The notes beneath the pieces were generated by a model, which saw nothing but the letters and a program-made list of their open reading frames with translations, ran no database searches and was not told the origin of the DNA. This document shows, piece after piece, positions 37,321 through 51,755 of a stretch of DNA of 64,000 nucleotides. Source of the DNA: Selaginella moellendorffii (Eukaryota > Plantae > Lycopodiophyta); the NCBI RefSeq assembly GCF_000143415.4, contig NW_003314263.1, positions 3,544,451-3,608,450 of the forward strand, given 5' to 3'. Every line of letters starts with the position of its first letter. The first letter of the stretch is position 1. The position numbers and the translations under genes are program-made.

Positions 37321-37883
37321 ATCATTCTAAGTGCCACCTGGTAAATTAAAGCAAGACGTCGGCATTGTTTTCTTCCCTTGATCCATCTTAAATTTATAAA
37401 AGTTCGCCGCATGGCAAACTCTGCTGACCGCTGTTGACTCGCCTCTTTGACATAATTCAAGAAGCATTTTGACTTGGAAGAACAGCAGAAGTTTACGAAG
37501 TTAACCAGCGTAACTTTGCCATTCACGCTAGGAGTTAATCCAAGTGAATTTGCTAGCGTGCATCAGAATGCTTCGATGTAGAAGCGAATCCTGCTTTTCT
37601 TGCCTTTCGGGCTTGTATAAAATCGCATTGTGGCTGGACCTAAATCTCGGAAGATTGGGAGGAGCAGTGGGCGACGCTAGGCATCGCTCATTCGGAGGTG
37701 GTGGGAGCTTTAGAATTTGGTGGGGTGCTGGCGGTTGGCGACCTCAGCGTCGCTCTTGTGGAGGCTGCGGACCGACACAGAGTCAGCTCGGCTAAGATGA
37801 CAACAACGAATGTGGAAGTTGCTGGTGGTATGTATGTGCCTCATAAGAATTAAATGGCTTAACTTTTGCTGTGCAGAAGAACA

Positions 37884-39035
<1,152 letters not shown>

Positions 39036-39892
39036 GAGAATCTCAATCGCTTTCTTTGCAATCGTTTTGATTGCAAACGCGAATATTTAGCATATAGCGA
39101 AGATGAATAAAATCAGTGAGATCTTATGACAGCACATATTGTATTTAAAAGCTGCTAGTAATGAGATCAAACTCTACAACAAGTTGTAGTGCTAGTAATC
39201 CTAGGTGGTGTTTTACATTCCTTCCACCCAGCAAAACTATCTTGAATGCTAGCAAATCAAAGTTGACTCCAATTATTGCAAACTAGTTATCTGCGAGATT
39301 GAATCCATTTATTATATTGAATAAAATAACACCAAGATTTCTCCAGTAATCAAAAGTTACTACAATTAGCAACTTTCTAAACACCTTTGATGATAGCCGA
39401 ACGATTTCGGTCAAATTCAAGGAAACAACCACCATTCGTTTTTCCAATCTTATTGCTTACAAAACCCATGCCGTCACGTAGTCAAGCGTTTGGACCGTCA
39501 GATCACATCCCAGCCCTTGGATGATTAGAAGCGTCGAAATGTGAAGCTTCCATGGAGCATGGGCTTCCGTGTAGAAGTTTTGTGGTCCAAAGCGGCCAAG
39601 TCTCCAAGTTATCATAGCTTCAAATATTTTAAGCCCTAGCTCCCAAACCATTTTCCGTTCTCCTCATTTCTTCCGGCTCGATCGATCCAGGGATGTAGCG
39701 CCAGGATCTGGATCTCGATCGACTCGACTTCTAGTGGTAGCTCGTCGAATCGGGGCTGGAATTTTGTAGGTCGCCTCGCCCCGGAATTCCAGATATTGCC
39801 GAAAAGATTGCATTGGATCATCGCGAAAGAGGGGAAAAGGGGGGAGCGATGGCGGCTCCGACCGAGGTGGAGTAGCTTCCATACTTTCCAGA

Positions 39893-42800
39893 ATGGAGGG
39901 AGCCAAGCAAGATCTAGATTTCGATGGTATCTCGTCTCTTGAGCTCTTGATCTCTTCTTACAAGTGTATACTTAGCTTTGAAGTGGCTCATTTTGTGCAG
40001 AACCATTTGAAGCGCTCCTTGGTAATCCGGGTGACCCCGGCTGCGAGGATAAAGTAAAGAGCATGATAGAAAATGGCTGGGATATCCACAATCTCGTTGA
40101 TGACCATGGTGCCACCACTGCACTCCATTGGGCAAGCGCGAGTGGGAATCTCAGACTGGTCAAGGCTTTACTTCCCAGAAGCATCAGAGACATCCTCAAA
40201 AAGGATGGGCTTGGCAACACTGCACTTCATGCAGCTGTTATGAGCAACGTTGCGGGGGTTGTTGAGGTATTGCTTGAACAAATCATGAAGAAGAATCTAA
40301 AAGCTGTGGGCTTGTGCAACAACAAAGGAGAAACACCCTTGCACATGGCAGCTACATTCCAAGATGGAACAAATGTTACCCGTTTGCTAACTTTACTTCC
40401 GACGAGCATTGATGACATCGTGAGGCCTGATAACGATGGGAATACCCCACTTCATGTAGCTGCTTTTTGGGGTTACCATGGCACGTTCGAATATATGATT
40501 AAACGGCTAGGAGCCAACTTTGACGCCGATCAGTATGTCAACAACGATGGCAACACGCCTCTTCACGTGGCTATGACAGAAGGATGTGGGAACATGTGTC
40601 TTTTGTTGATAAAATTGGGTGCTAATCTTCACAAACTCAACAAAGCTGGCTTTTCACCACTGATGCTGTTGACAAAGGTGCGTCAGCCTCTCCAGGTGAG
40701 AATCATGAGGAAAGTCCTCAAGAGAATACTGTCAACCGACCTAGCAGGTATTTCTGAAGAGCTTATGCGATTGCTGACAGTTCCCGAGGTTGGGCATCTC
40801 TTAGTCTTGCATGGCTGCCTTTGTATTGGGAAACTGGACCTGGTGAAGCCTCTATTTAGGCACTTTGACGTCGAGCATAATCGTCTTGCCCAGCTACTGG
40901 TTGAGAAGGACAGCAGGTTTACAGGGGAGACCTCTTTGCATGTAGCAGCTTATGGACAGGATGTTGCGGTTCTGAACATGGTGGTGGAGAAGCTGCAGGA
41001 AGGTGGGGACCCTTGGGACGTAGACTGCACTAACAACATGGGGCAGACGCCTTTGCACATTGCATTTGCAGGAGGCAACACTAAAATGGTTGAGCGTTTG
41101 CTCGAGCTTAAAGCTGATATAAACAAGACTGATAACATGGGGACTGGCATGCTGCACTTTGCTTGTAGAGGTAAAGGTAGGAAGGTTGAGGTTCTTGAGC
41201 TCTTGGAGGAGAAGCTAGGGGAGCAGCTGGAAATCAGCAAGGCAACAAAGACTGGCTTGACCCCGCTGCATTATGCAGCTTGGAATGATAAAGAGGAAGC
41301 AGGAAAATGGTTGATAAACAGGAATGCCGATTTGACTGCTGAGGATTCTGTTGAAAGACTTATGCCATGGCATTGGGCTGTCATTGGAGGATCTAAAAAG
41401 TATACTTGGCTTGTCGACTCTCACTTGGAAAGAAGCGTAAGATTGTTTAATGGGAATGTGGACTTTGAAAGGTGGCAACAGGTGTTTCATTTAATTGAAG
41501 CCCATCGCTCACATGAGCCGGATTTGGTGTGTTGGAAAGTATTAAACCGTATTCAGGCGCAGCACAAGAAACTTGAGCCTGGATTATTGGCTTGCATTGC
41601 GGCTTTAGGAGATAGTGACACAAATGAAAAGCTTGCATCACTTCTCATTAAATTCTCATCGGACGAGCAGGCTAAGGATTACATTTTAAAAATAGTCAAG
41701 GAATCACGAATATTGGAATGGGCTGCATTCTATGCCAAGGACACAACAAGGGGAAGAACACGAGCCAGCGATGTAGAGCCAATGTTCAGGGCCTTGCAGA
41801 TCTTAAGCCAACTAGATCGTCGTGGCAAAGAGCAACTAAATAGATATGCTTCTAGCAGCCAGTTTTTGGTGGATGCTTTCAAGATTGGTTTCCTTAGTGA
41901 AGATGTGTGGAAATCCGGGTTTGCCACGAGCCTAGCTACAGCATGCAGTCGATGGGGGCTTGGCGATCTGATCAAGTCAGTCCTGCTGCCAAGTGCTCGT
42001 TGGTCTGACCAGGAATCGAACGAGAATCTAAACAGGGTCCTGAGAAGTAGACATTTGGCCCACATGAGCATCTCTAACTTGGAGGAGGACATCCCTCTGG
42101 CTTACTGGTTAACAAGGCTGAAAGTGAAAAACACAGCAGAAAGTACTGGCAGTGACCAAGACGAGAACAAGAGCAAAGCTCATGTAAAGAAAGTTGAAGA
42201 TCTTTTAGAAAGCAGGAAGATTGGAGGGATGCTGGAGTACCCAAATGACAAGGGAGCTCACACAGGCAGGACTGCCTTGCATTGGTCCACCATCTTTGAG
42301 GAGACCTCTACCACCCTCTCTATCCTCCATACAAGGAATTGTAGAGTTGACATATTTGACAACTTTGGAAAGGCACCATATTGGTATGCTCCAAAATCCT
42401 GGAAAAACAGCTTTCTGCTCAACAGCCTGAAGTGGGAGCAGTACCTGGACAACTTGCACAGGGACCGGGAACTGTTTGTAGATGCCCTCAATGCCATATT
42501 GGTGGGGGCAGCTCTGATTGCAAGTGTGACATACAGTGGATCCCTCAGCCCACCTCTGCAATACTCCCTGAAGCTCATGAACCACGGCCAGCAGGAGGAT
42601 GACCTCAAGTATGTGGCCATCAACAATCCAGGAGTGAAAGCATTCTGGATCTTCAACAGCCTCTCCTTCTTCTTTGCAATGGCAAGTGCACTGGCTGGAG
42701 TTGCAGGCATCCTCCCACTGCCCCAGGTGTTTGACTTGGGTGTCATTGACAGGCTGAGGTGGACACTGCTCCTCGCTGCAAGCCTGCTGGTTGGCTCGAT

Positions 42801-43188
42801 TTGCTTTGTTCTCGTGGCGTTTGCATGTGCAGGCTTTGCAGTCTTGCCACCTTTGTTCCGCTACAACGTTGTTATGATAGTCACATCGGTGCCGGGGGGA
42901 TTGCTGTGCATGCTGATGACTTTGCTGTTTATCAAGGCGCTCTCTCCGCTTCTGTCTTGGGCGTACACATGGTATACTGATGCTCCTGGTCTGAAAGCCC
43001 CGAAACAGGAGGGCAGAGTGGAGGAAACTGCGGTGGATGTTGTTGACACTGAGGACCAGAATGCCGGCAAGATCTTGAGGTGGGTGCTAGACCCAAGTAA
43101 ACAACCGGTTTACTCTGGTGTGATCTACCGGAGGATTCGTGGATACCCGTGGATGGATGGTTTGGAGCGGCTTGGTCAGAGTAGCTGA
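39893..43188 (+). CDS. Ankyrin-repeat PGG-type transmembrane protein, copy 2 (main exon 40001-43188 open; exon 2 disrupted upstream; start could be 39893 or 40063)
   Basis: 1041-aa uninterrupted ORF, co-linear with copy 1. Confidence 0.85.
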
Positions 43189-43637
43189 GTTGTCTTGTTT
43201 GCTCTCGCGGCTTCATCCCCATCTGCTGCTTTCGACCGCGTTTGATCTTCACAGTACCTGATTTGTAGCACTTGCTATAAGCTCCTGGTTAATCACCAGA
43301 CCGTGCTCTTCTCCGGCTTCTTCGGCCACCAGGTATGCCTCTCGCAGGAAAACGTATTGCTCGGCTGCCAGCCAAGGTGGTGACGTCCGAGACGAGCGCC
43401 CTCTTCTACACGGTAAAGCTCAGGAGCTCCAGGATCCCGGAGACCCCAGCCGGAGTGTGACACGCCCGCTGGGAGAATTCGTAAGGAACGGTAGCCTCTG
43501 GAAGTTCTCGAGCTGCCCGAGCTAGAGCCTTCCGGATATGAGATGACAAAGGACGCGTCCTTGATTGAGCCACAGCTTTCTTCCGTTCCGTCACAGCCAG
43601 TTCTCCGTCCCATGAAAGCAGCTCGACGTAGGAATCC

Positions 43638-44378
43638 TCGGAAGAAGGCGACCCGGAATTGTTCAAGACTCTGCAGTTCTTCGCATGGCAATGGCCTGTT
43701 CTTGGCCTGTTGAAGCACTCATCTGTTCCAGAAGAGCAGTGAGACTTGCACGCAGGGAACTCGAGCTTAACTTGAAGAAAATCCAGGAATGCATGCAGGT
43801 GATATTTGACGTGCACAGCATAGAATGCAGTGAGTGCTTTAAAGCAACGATACCTGAGCTGAGAAAGAAGAAGCAAACAATCAGAGATGGAGTTGAACGT
43901 CTGAGACAACTTACAGCCGAAGCAAGAGCAGAGCCTGACTTCTGGCACGCACCGTTTCATGACAATATCTATAGCAAGCTCTGGGAGAGTCAGAGTGAGT
44001 TACCTGAGCGTCGCAACAGTCGACTTCCGGTCAGAAGGCAAACTGTTCACTGGTGGTGTCACTCGCCAACTAAAGATAAGCCAAATTGGCCTCTCAAAAA
44101 CTTTCGAGTGCACTTATCAGTCCCTGCGCCAAAAAAGAAGCAAGGCCCAGCATACTGCAGACATAGAGAATCAGTTTGAAGAGTCTAGCATCAAAGACGA
44201 CGTCGACACCTCACCTCCAGAAGAAATCTACGGAGATTTCCAGCTAGTGCATTCGGAAGCCGCGTTGACGATTGGAGCAATCGGCTTTTGCTGCCACGAG
44301 CTTCTAAAACAAGCCACGTATCTCAAAAAGCTGACGCAAGAGCTGCTACTGCAGGAAGAAGAAGAATCGCAAAGTTAG
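43638..44378 (+). pseudogene. 3' fragment of the FUSC/ALMT-like transporter (unit 3), frameshifted
   Basis: Matches 19004-19776 with extra deletions near 43708 and 43996. Confidence 0.9.
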
Positions 44379-44539
44379 AATTGGATATAGTTCTGTAAGC
44401 AAAATGTAAGCAAGAATGCCTTCTGTAAGCAAGAAGGCAAAGCATCTTTGAACTAAATTTTAAAAACTTACACTCTCAAAATCAGCATATAGCGAAGAAG
44501 TCTCATTTAGACGTAAAACTACATAAAATACATAAATCG

Positions 44540-45411
44540 TCAACCTCTTGCAGAGAGCAAGCCTTGTAATTCACCCCTTCTCTTTTCTAGCTCCTGCAAA
44601 TCCAGATGAGAGCACAATTCGCAAAATCTACGCAAGAGATACCTCGAGATCTTTAGCAGCCTTCTCGCGCCCTTTTGATTTTTCAATGCGGAAACGCTTG
44701 AATTTTCTAATGCACAAAAGGCCCTGCCAGTTGATGGAAGAAAACAGTGGTAAAACCTCCAAGAAAACGAACAAAAGCATACTCACTGCTACAACGTAAA
44801 CGGCACCACATCCCAGGAGCATTCCACTAGCGACTTCCGAAAAGACCACTTGATAAGCACGGTCCTTGTGCTCATCTGATAGGGCCTTTGTCATCACTGC
44901 TACACTGCAAAACAAAGCTCTCGTTAACAAAGAAGAGCGAAGAAAGAAATTTTGTAAGAGAAGCTTACAAAATTTGCAGCATGCCTCGTCCAACCCAGTA
45001 CTCAAGAACCTATGCACAAAACGAGCGAGTAATCACATCGAAAGAGCAGAAGAAAAGCGGTTCTAGAACTTACACGCCAGAACTTCAAGAAGAATTCCCA
45101 TTCGGTCTCGGCCGAAGCAACGAAGAGCGCGATCACTACCGCGTAGCAGCGAAGAATCCCTTCAAATATCTGTAGAAACGAAGGTGAAACATCCATCTAG
45201 GCTCGATGTTGGACGAGAAGAGAAACTTACATCGCGGCCATGCTTGAAGGCTCGCACCACCGAAATCACACTCGCACAGCAAGGCCGAGATCGCAGTGAG
45301 AGCGCTAAATATCCGAAATGCGATCACCAGAGCGTCCGGCCCTCGCGGCTCTCGTCGATCTAGACTGCTTCTGCTGCTCTCGGCGTCGCCCTCGCTAAGA
45401 ATGGAACTCAT
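44540..45411 (-). pseudogene. TVP15-like pseudogene (unit 3)
   Basis: 8-nt frameshifting deletion in exon 1 (about 45273) and a hAT insertion in its promoter. Confidence 0.85.
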
Positions 45412-45514
45412 CGATCGATCGATCCGCAAACCCTACCAGAGCCTTCTTTCAAAGAGAAGAGAAATTTCTACCATAGCCATTCTTTTTAGGGTTCTTGGCC
45501 AATGTTTTGCTACT

Positions 45515-48105
45515 CATACTTGCATCTGAACATTCGAACCCAACCGGATTCGAACGGGTATCGAACGTTTAATACCCATTTAGCTTTTTTTCAAACGGGT
45601 TTTCAGTTTTAATATAATTAAAAAATAATTAACTGTTACTAAACAAAGTTTAACATAATATAATATAGGTTTAATCTAATCTTCATCCTCTGAATCTAAA
45701 ACATCATCACCACTAGCACCGTCGTCATCAGGTTGTTGAAGAGGTTCTTCAACAACCTCCTGAAGTGCAAGGATCCTTTGCCACTAAGGCTCAAGCTCAA
45801 GGTTATCAAAATCATGCTCAATAAGCCTCAAACTCCCGGACTCAATCTTTTGTATGACATGCATATTTGTGTGCACAAAAACCAGCTTCTCCGAGTATTT
45901 GGAGAGCAGTCGAGACCTCCTCTTCGTCTGGATCATGCTCCATGAGCTCTAGTTTTGCTCGCATGGTGAAGCACAAACTGGTTGACTCAAGATCCGTAAA
46001 GCAAGCCTTTGAAGTTCTAGTGTGCCTGCACCAAAGTTGCTCCACCAACTCACCGGGTGTTTCCAGTTCTCCATCTATACAAGAGAATCAGTCTAAAAAG
46101 TTGACAAACAAACAGTTTATACACACTTGCTTTGCTGCCTCCGAAGAGAACAAACGGCCAAGTTGTTGACGGAAACTCTGAACCTCGTGCAATAGCTTGT
46201 GTTGAAGTCCTTGATCTCCTTTGCAATACAACTCTAGGTACTCCACAAAATCTTCCTGAGCCTCCTGGTCGAGAGGGAGATGAAGAAAAGTTGGGTTCAA
46301 AACAAAAGCAGCTCCATGCAAGATTGAATGCATCTGGAACCAACAAGCTGCTTTCTGACCTCCCTCGCCATGATCCTCCATTATGAACCTGTTGATCTCC
46401 TCAACCTCTTCCTTGGCTAAAATCCCAGTCTCAACAGCCTCTGAAAGCTTCTCATTCATCCGGTCCATAGCCTCGAAAATGAGACTAGAAGTTGCCCCCT
46501 CCCAGTCTGCAAGCTTCAAGACCTTGAGGAGCGGTCCAAGCAGCACCAACAAGTGCTGGCACCTAGTCCAGAAAGAGTTCGGAGTCTCTTCTAAGATCCG
46601 AGTTCGAATGCGCTGGGCTTTGGCTGTCTTTGTGAAGTCCAATCGCCGCCACTTGGATCTCACAACCATCTCCTTCAATGCCTCCAAGGTTGTCAGATTT
46701 AGGAGCTGAGACATCACTAGAAACATGTAAGCGAACCTTGTGCTCACCGGCTTGATGAGATCCCGATTGCTCAGCTTCCGAAACAAAGCCAGAACACGAG
46801 GTTTTTTGGTGATAAAAGTTACCACCTCGTTGCAGCCTTTCACCAATGGTTGTACCCACGACAAGCTCCCGATGTCTTCGAAGAGAAGGTCCAAGACATG
46901 GCACACACACCGGCTGTGGAGAATGTGAGGATACTCAGCTGTCATGAGTTCTCCCATTTGCATACAGTTTGATGCATTGTCAGTGATCACCTGAACAACG
47001 TTTTCTTCACCAACTTCTTGAATCACTTTCTTCAACTCGACCCAAATCCACTCTCCCATCTTTGTCCTGCCCTCGGAATCTATAGACTTCAAGAAAACCG
47101 AACCCTGGACATTGGAGGCCATAAAGTTGATCAAGGATCGGCTACGGTTGTCAGACCAGCCATCGGTGACGATGCTAACTCCATATCTTCTCCACCCCTC
47201 ATAGATTGGATCAAGTCGAGCATTAACACTATCATAAAGCTTCTTCAGCTGTGTACTCCGCAACTTCTCATATCCCATCATCTGTGCAAGAGCTCCAGGG
47301 CTGAAGTCGATAGCAGCTTGAAGCAACTTCCTCAGATTTGGCCTTCGAATGATGTTGAAAGGGATATTTTCAACGTAGAAGAACTTGGCCACGGCATCAT
47401 CCAGACATTGAACCTTTGCAGACTTCATCATCTTTCGAATGTCACCATCCAATGCCGGTGCAGCACTTCGTTTAAGACTGCTGCTCCCGGAAAGTGGAAC
47501 GTTGCCGCTGCTCGCCTCGCCCAGCCCTCCGGTAGCCCCACCACTTGCCCCACAGCTGGCACTGTCGCTCACCTCACCAACCTCAGTCTCGTGAGCTAAG
47601 GCAAGTCTCTCTTGGGGACTTACTGCAATCATAAAGCTCTTTGTGAGCTCCACACGATTAAAAGATGCCTGAGCCTTGTTCACCACCTCCAGTGGCACGT
47701 GTCCTATACACCCCCAAGGTGAGCGCAAACTCGTTCAGCCGCGCCGGTGTAAGTAATACTTACACTTCCATGGACTCACGCCGTGGCTTGTCTCGAATGT
47801 CGGCTTCAGTTTCAGAACATGAGCCCAGCTCCAGCATGGCTGCCTTCCTCCCCCCATCCTGGACTTACCTCAGCGCTTTCGGATCCCACGAACCCTGATT
47901 TTACATGAACTCTAATCCTAAGTAAAAGAAAGTATATTCTTTAGGGTTTTTTAAAAATATTCTTGGCAGGGACTACCCGTGCTGGTGGGGGAGGCGGGAA
48001 CACCGTCCGCCCCGGGCTCATTGATTGATCATGTTTAAACGCCGTATTATACACGTGTTTTAAACGGTGTTTTTTATTAATCGTACCTGTTCAAATGCAA
48101 GTATG
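45515..48105 (-). mobile_element. hAT DNA transposon, 2591 bp
   Basis: 18-bp TIRs CATACTTGCAT(C/T)TGAACA and 8-bp TSD TTGCTACT (45507-45514, 48106-48113). The empty site is visible in units 1 and 2. Confidence 0.97.
45690..47870 (-). pseudogene. hAT transposase (BED remnant, DUF659/RNase H-like core, dimerisation domain), inactivated
   Basis: SIVTDGWSD, VVQVITDNASN, CVCHVLDL and STRFA. After an intron comes PVSWWSNFG...LQRLALRILSQPVCASPCEQN*S, with a W>stop at 45949-45951. The BED finger is frameshifted. Confidence 0.9.
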
Positions 48106-48128
48106 TTGCTACTAACTAACTTGGCGCG

Positions 48129-48789
48129 ATGGTGAGCACTCTAATCTAGTCGTGGGATGAGATCGAAGGAAAGGTGAAGAGCAAGGTGGGACAGCTAACG
48201 GGACTGCTCCAGCATTTCACCGCTTCTTCTGAGTTGGATTCCAATATTTACTACCAGGTTTGTGTGATCGATCTGTGGTTGATTGAATGGATATTTCGGG
48301 AGAATGGGAGATTATTTCGGGTGTTTGGTTGTTTGTAGAGTTTGGTGAGCCAGCATGACACCGAGATTGAGGAGATTCTTCGTGAAACTGTGGGGCGACT
48401 CCAACTCTTTAGAGATGCAATGCAATATCGCGTCGAGGGAGATCACATCAAAGCTGCGGCCGAGGTAGAGCCTTTGTTTTCCTCTTTCTTTCTTTTCTTC
48501 CTTTTCGAGGCTTATACATGAAAGTAAGAAAAATAAAATGCAGGCTGTGCGACTCAAGGCCGAGAATGAGCTCAATGCTTATAAGAAGGTAAGAACTTCG
48601 TTCCTTCCATTTTTTTGTTTTAATTCTTTTCTTCTTCTTCTTCAATAGAAGCATTGGAGGCGACTCACAACCAAAAGATGGAGCTTGTTGAGGGGTATGA
48701 TTTTCACTTTGCAACTAGGAGGAGGAATGATTACTAGGAATATGGTGCTCTAGAGCAACAGGAATATGGCTTTAAGGAGGGGATAAAAG
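48129..48789 (+). pseudogene. FAM184-like pseudogene (unit 3), 5' part
   Basis: Matches 20945-21640, with CAG>TAG at codon 7 and many C>T/G>A changes. Broken by a 14-kb insertion. Confidence 0.9.
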
Positions 48790-48849
48790 TTTATTTCACA
48801 GCCTTATTTATTCTAGATTTTTTGGTTTACTTAAGTAAACCTGTGTGAT

Positions 48850-49140
48850 ATTGGATATACCTAGAATATGCTTGGATATTCTAGATTATTCTGCCATCTA
48901 AAGGTTGTAATTGATTTATATTAATCTTGTATTTATAAATTATATAATTTATAAACAATCCTCAACACTTCCTAGTATATATTCTAGTTTATTCTACCAT
49001 CTAATAGTTGATATTCAATAAAATTAATCTTGTGTTTATAAATTCTAAATATGTTTATAATTAAAGGTTAATAATAGAAATAACACTACTATTAAGCAAA
49101 CCAAGCATTGCTATATGCAACATGCAGCAAATTATTTTAA
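48850..49140 (+). repeat. Dispersed AT-rich repeat (second copy 51360-51650; partial inverted copy at about 6140-6215)
   Basis: Shared AATATGCTTGGATATTCTA, CACTTCCTAGTATA, ATTAATCTTGTGTTTATAA and ACTACTATTAA.CAAACCAAG. Confidence 0.75.
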
Positions 49141-49261
49141 AATGATTAATTTTAATTTTTATTTTCAAAACATATTATAAGTTTTGTATAAATTTTATGG
49201 TAGATATAAAATACTAATTTAATTTAATTTTAAATTATTAATTATTTTGTTTATTTATTAT

Positions 49262-51355
49262 TGTGAGTGCTTGGAATATGGAAAGGGAATATAAAAAATG
49301 TGCATATCAATTAACCCAAAAACCCTAGTTTATATACAAGAATGAGTGGTCCGGATTGAAACCAATCTAACGGCTACTAAAATCCCACTACATTAATATT
49401 AGTATACGGCATTGTAGCCATACACTTGGCCCTCACATCATTCCCTCCTCTCAAAATAATGGAAGACCATCAAAGTTCTCTTGTAGATGGGCTGGGATCT
49501 GAAAGAATGTCAAGGAGGAGGCATTGGCGAATCTGTAGGTGGTATTAATTGTTCTTGATCCTTTTGTATAAAGCGTTTCAACCATTGCACATACACAATC
49601 TCTAGAGGATCAGTCTACTGAACGTCATGTCGAATTTCATAAACTTGTGGTCCCACTTGTTGCAACATCCAATACGGTCCTTTTTACTAAGCAAAGAGCC
49701 CCTTAGATAAACCACGTACTGTAAAATGGGGAAAACAGACTAACACCAAGTCATCCACTTTGTACTCCGTAAGTGGACGATAATGGGAGTTGTAGCACTG
49801 TTGTTGTCCCACTTGTACATAGCCTAAGTGTTCGACAAACTTTGCTCGGATAAATGAAAGAATGCTCGTCAAATATTGATCCCATGACCTAGCATCAACA
49901 GCTCATAGCAATTGCAAAGGTAAACCCAGCTCTATTGGTAATATTGGATCATGACCATATAGGAGTTTATATGGTGAACCACCAATAGAATTCTACACCT
50001 ATGTGACATATGCATACCGAAAAAACGGTAAATAACCATCCCAATCCGAATGCTAAAAGTTCACATACTTCGCGATTATCCTTTTGAATATCTGAATGAG
50101 TTGTTCCACTAGACTATCTGATTGTGAATGATAAGCACTCGTGAAAGTGTGGCGTATCCCCAACTGAGACATCAAAACATGAAATGCCTCAGCCATAAAT
50201 GTGGGACCATTATCTGAAAGAATCCGCTCTTGACAAAAATACTGGAACACCACTCGATTGAGGAGGAAGTATCCAACAGCAGTTGCAGAGGCACTAGCAA
50301 GAGCACCAACTTCCACCCAACGAGTCAAGTAGTCAAAAACAATAATAACATACTCATTGCCAGCAATCGACCGTGAAAAATGTCCCATAAGATCAAACGC
50401 CACCAACTCAAACAGACGAAAAACTACAATTGACTCCAACCATCCTTCCGCGGCATGAGGGGGAGTATTACGAGCTTAGCACCAAACACAGCTACGCACA
50501 TACTAGATAATATCACATCGCATCTCCGGCCAATAGAAAGACCTATGTAGCTTCTTGGTTACACAACAATGTCCCATATGCCCACCTAGAATAGGAGAAT
50601 CATGGTAGGCATAGAGAATAAAGACAGAAGGAACCACTAACGGTAAATGATCATCAAGATCCGTCCCCACAAAATAAAGAAGGCCGTCCTTAAGGCGATA
50701 TTGAGAATGTAAATGCCAAAAAGGCAAGTCATTAGTAAGTGATGTAGGATTCTCAAACCCATCGCGAAACCTTCGAATCCACAGCTCAACCTTTTGAGTC
50801 TCGCGAACCTCATCAAGAGAAGGTAGATCTTGCTTTGCACCTTGTGGACACTGAATATCAAGTACAACAACCGCCAATGGCACAAAATCCTTGTCTAGAA
50901 AATCCACAGATGTTAAAACAACAGGCTCATAAAAAACATGAGAAGAGAGTGGAGAAGGAAGAGGAGCTCGAGAAAAGACATCAGCATCAGCCATAAAACT
51001 CTCTAGGCAATGAACAACATCAAAAATCATATATTTGAAACTTTAAAGCCCACCAAGCAATACAATTAACAAAGTTCTTTCGCTTCAATAATGAAGTAAT
51101 GGTAGCATGGTTACCTTCAAATAACGTTCGAGAACTATGTAGATATGCATGAAGTTTTTTGAAACCCCAAACTGTTGCTAAACACTCCTTCTTTACGTGG
51201 AGTAGTTCACCTTTGCTAGTTTTAATGTACGACTTATATACGCAATGGGATAGCAATGACTAAACACACTTGAACTCTCTTGCATCAACACACATCCAAA
51301 ACGAATATCAAAAGCATCCACGTGCAAAATAAAAGATCGAGTGTAGTCAAGATAG
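49262..51355 (-). mobile_element. Decayed Ty3/Gypsy 3' portion: RNase H, integrase, PPT and 176-bp 3' LTR (49262-49437)
   Basis: FILHVDAFD, PIAYISRTL, HDSPILGGHMG, VAFDLMGHF and ILSDNGPTF. PPT GAGAGGAGGGAATGA precedes TG...CA. Confidence 0.9.
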
Positions 51356-51755
51356 AGGGATTGGAATATATCTAAAATATGCTTGGATATTCTAAGATAT
51401 TCTACCATCTAATGATTGTTATTCATTTAGATTAATCTTATTATTATAATTTATAAACTTTCCTAAACACTTCCTAGTATACTCTAGTTTATTCTACCTT
51501 TTAATGGTTGATATGCAAAAAGATTAATCTTGTGTTTATAATTTATAAACATATTTTTAATTATAAATCAATTTAATTAATAAATAGAAATAATACTACT
51601 ATTAAACAAACCAAGTGTTGCTACATGGAACACACTGTAAATTATTTAAATTATAAACATGTTTATAATTTATAAATACAAGATGAATTTAATTGCTAGA
51701 ATATACTTAAAGGTGTTTAAGAAAGTTTATAAATTATAAACATATAAACACAATA

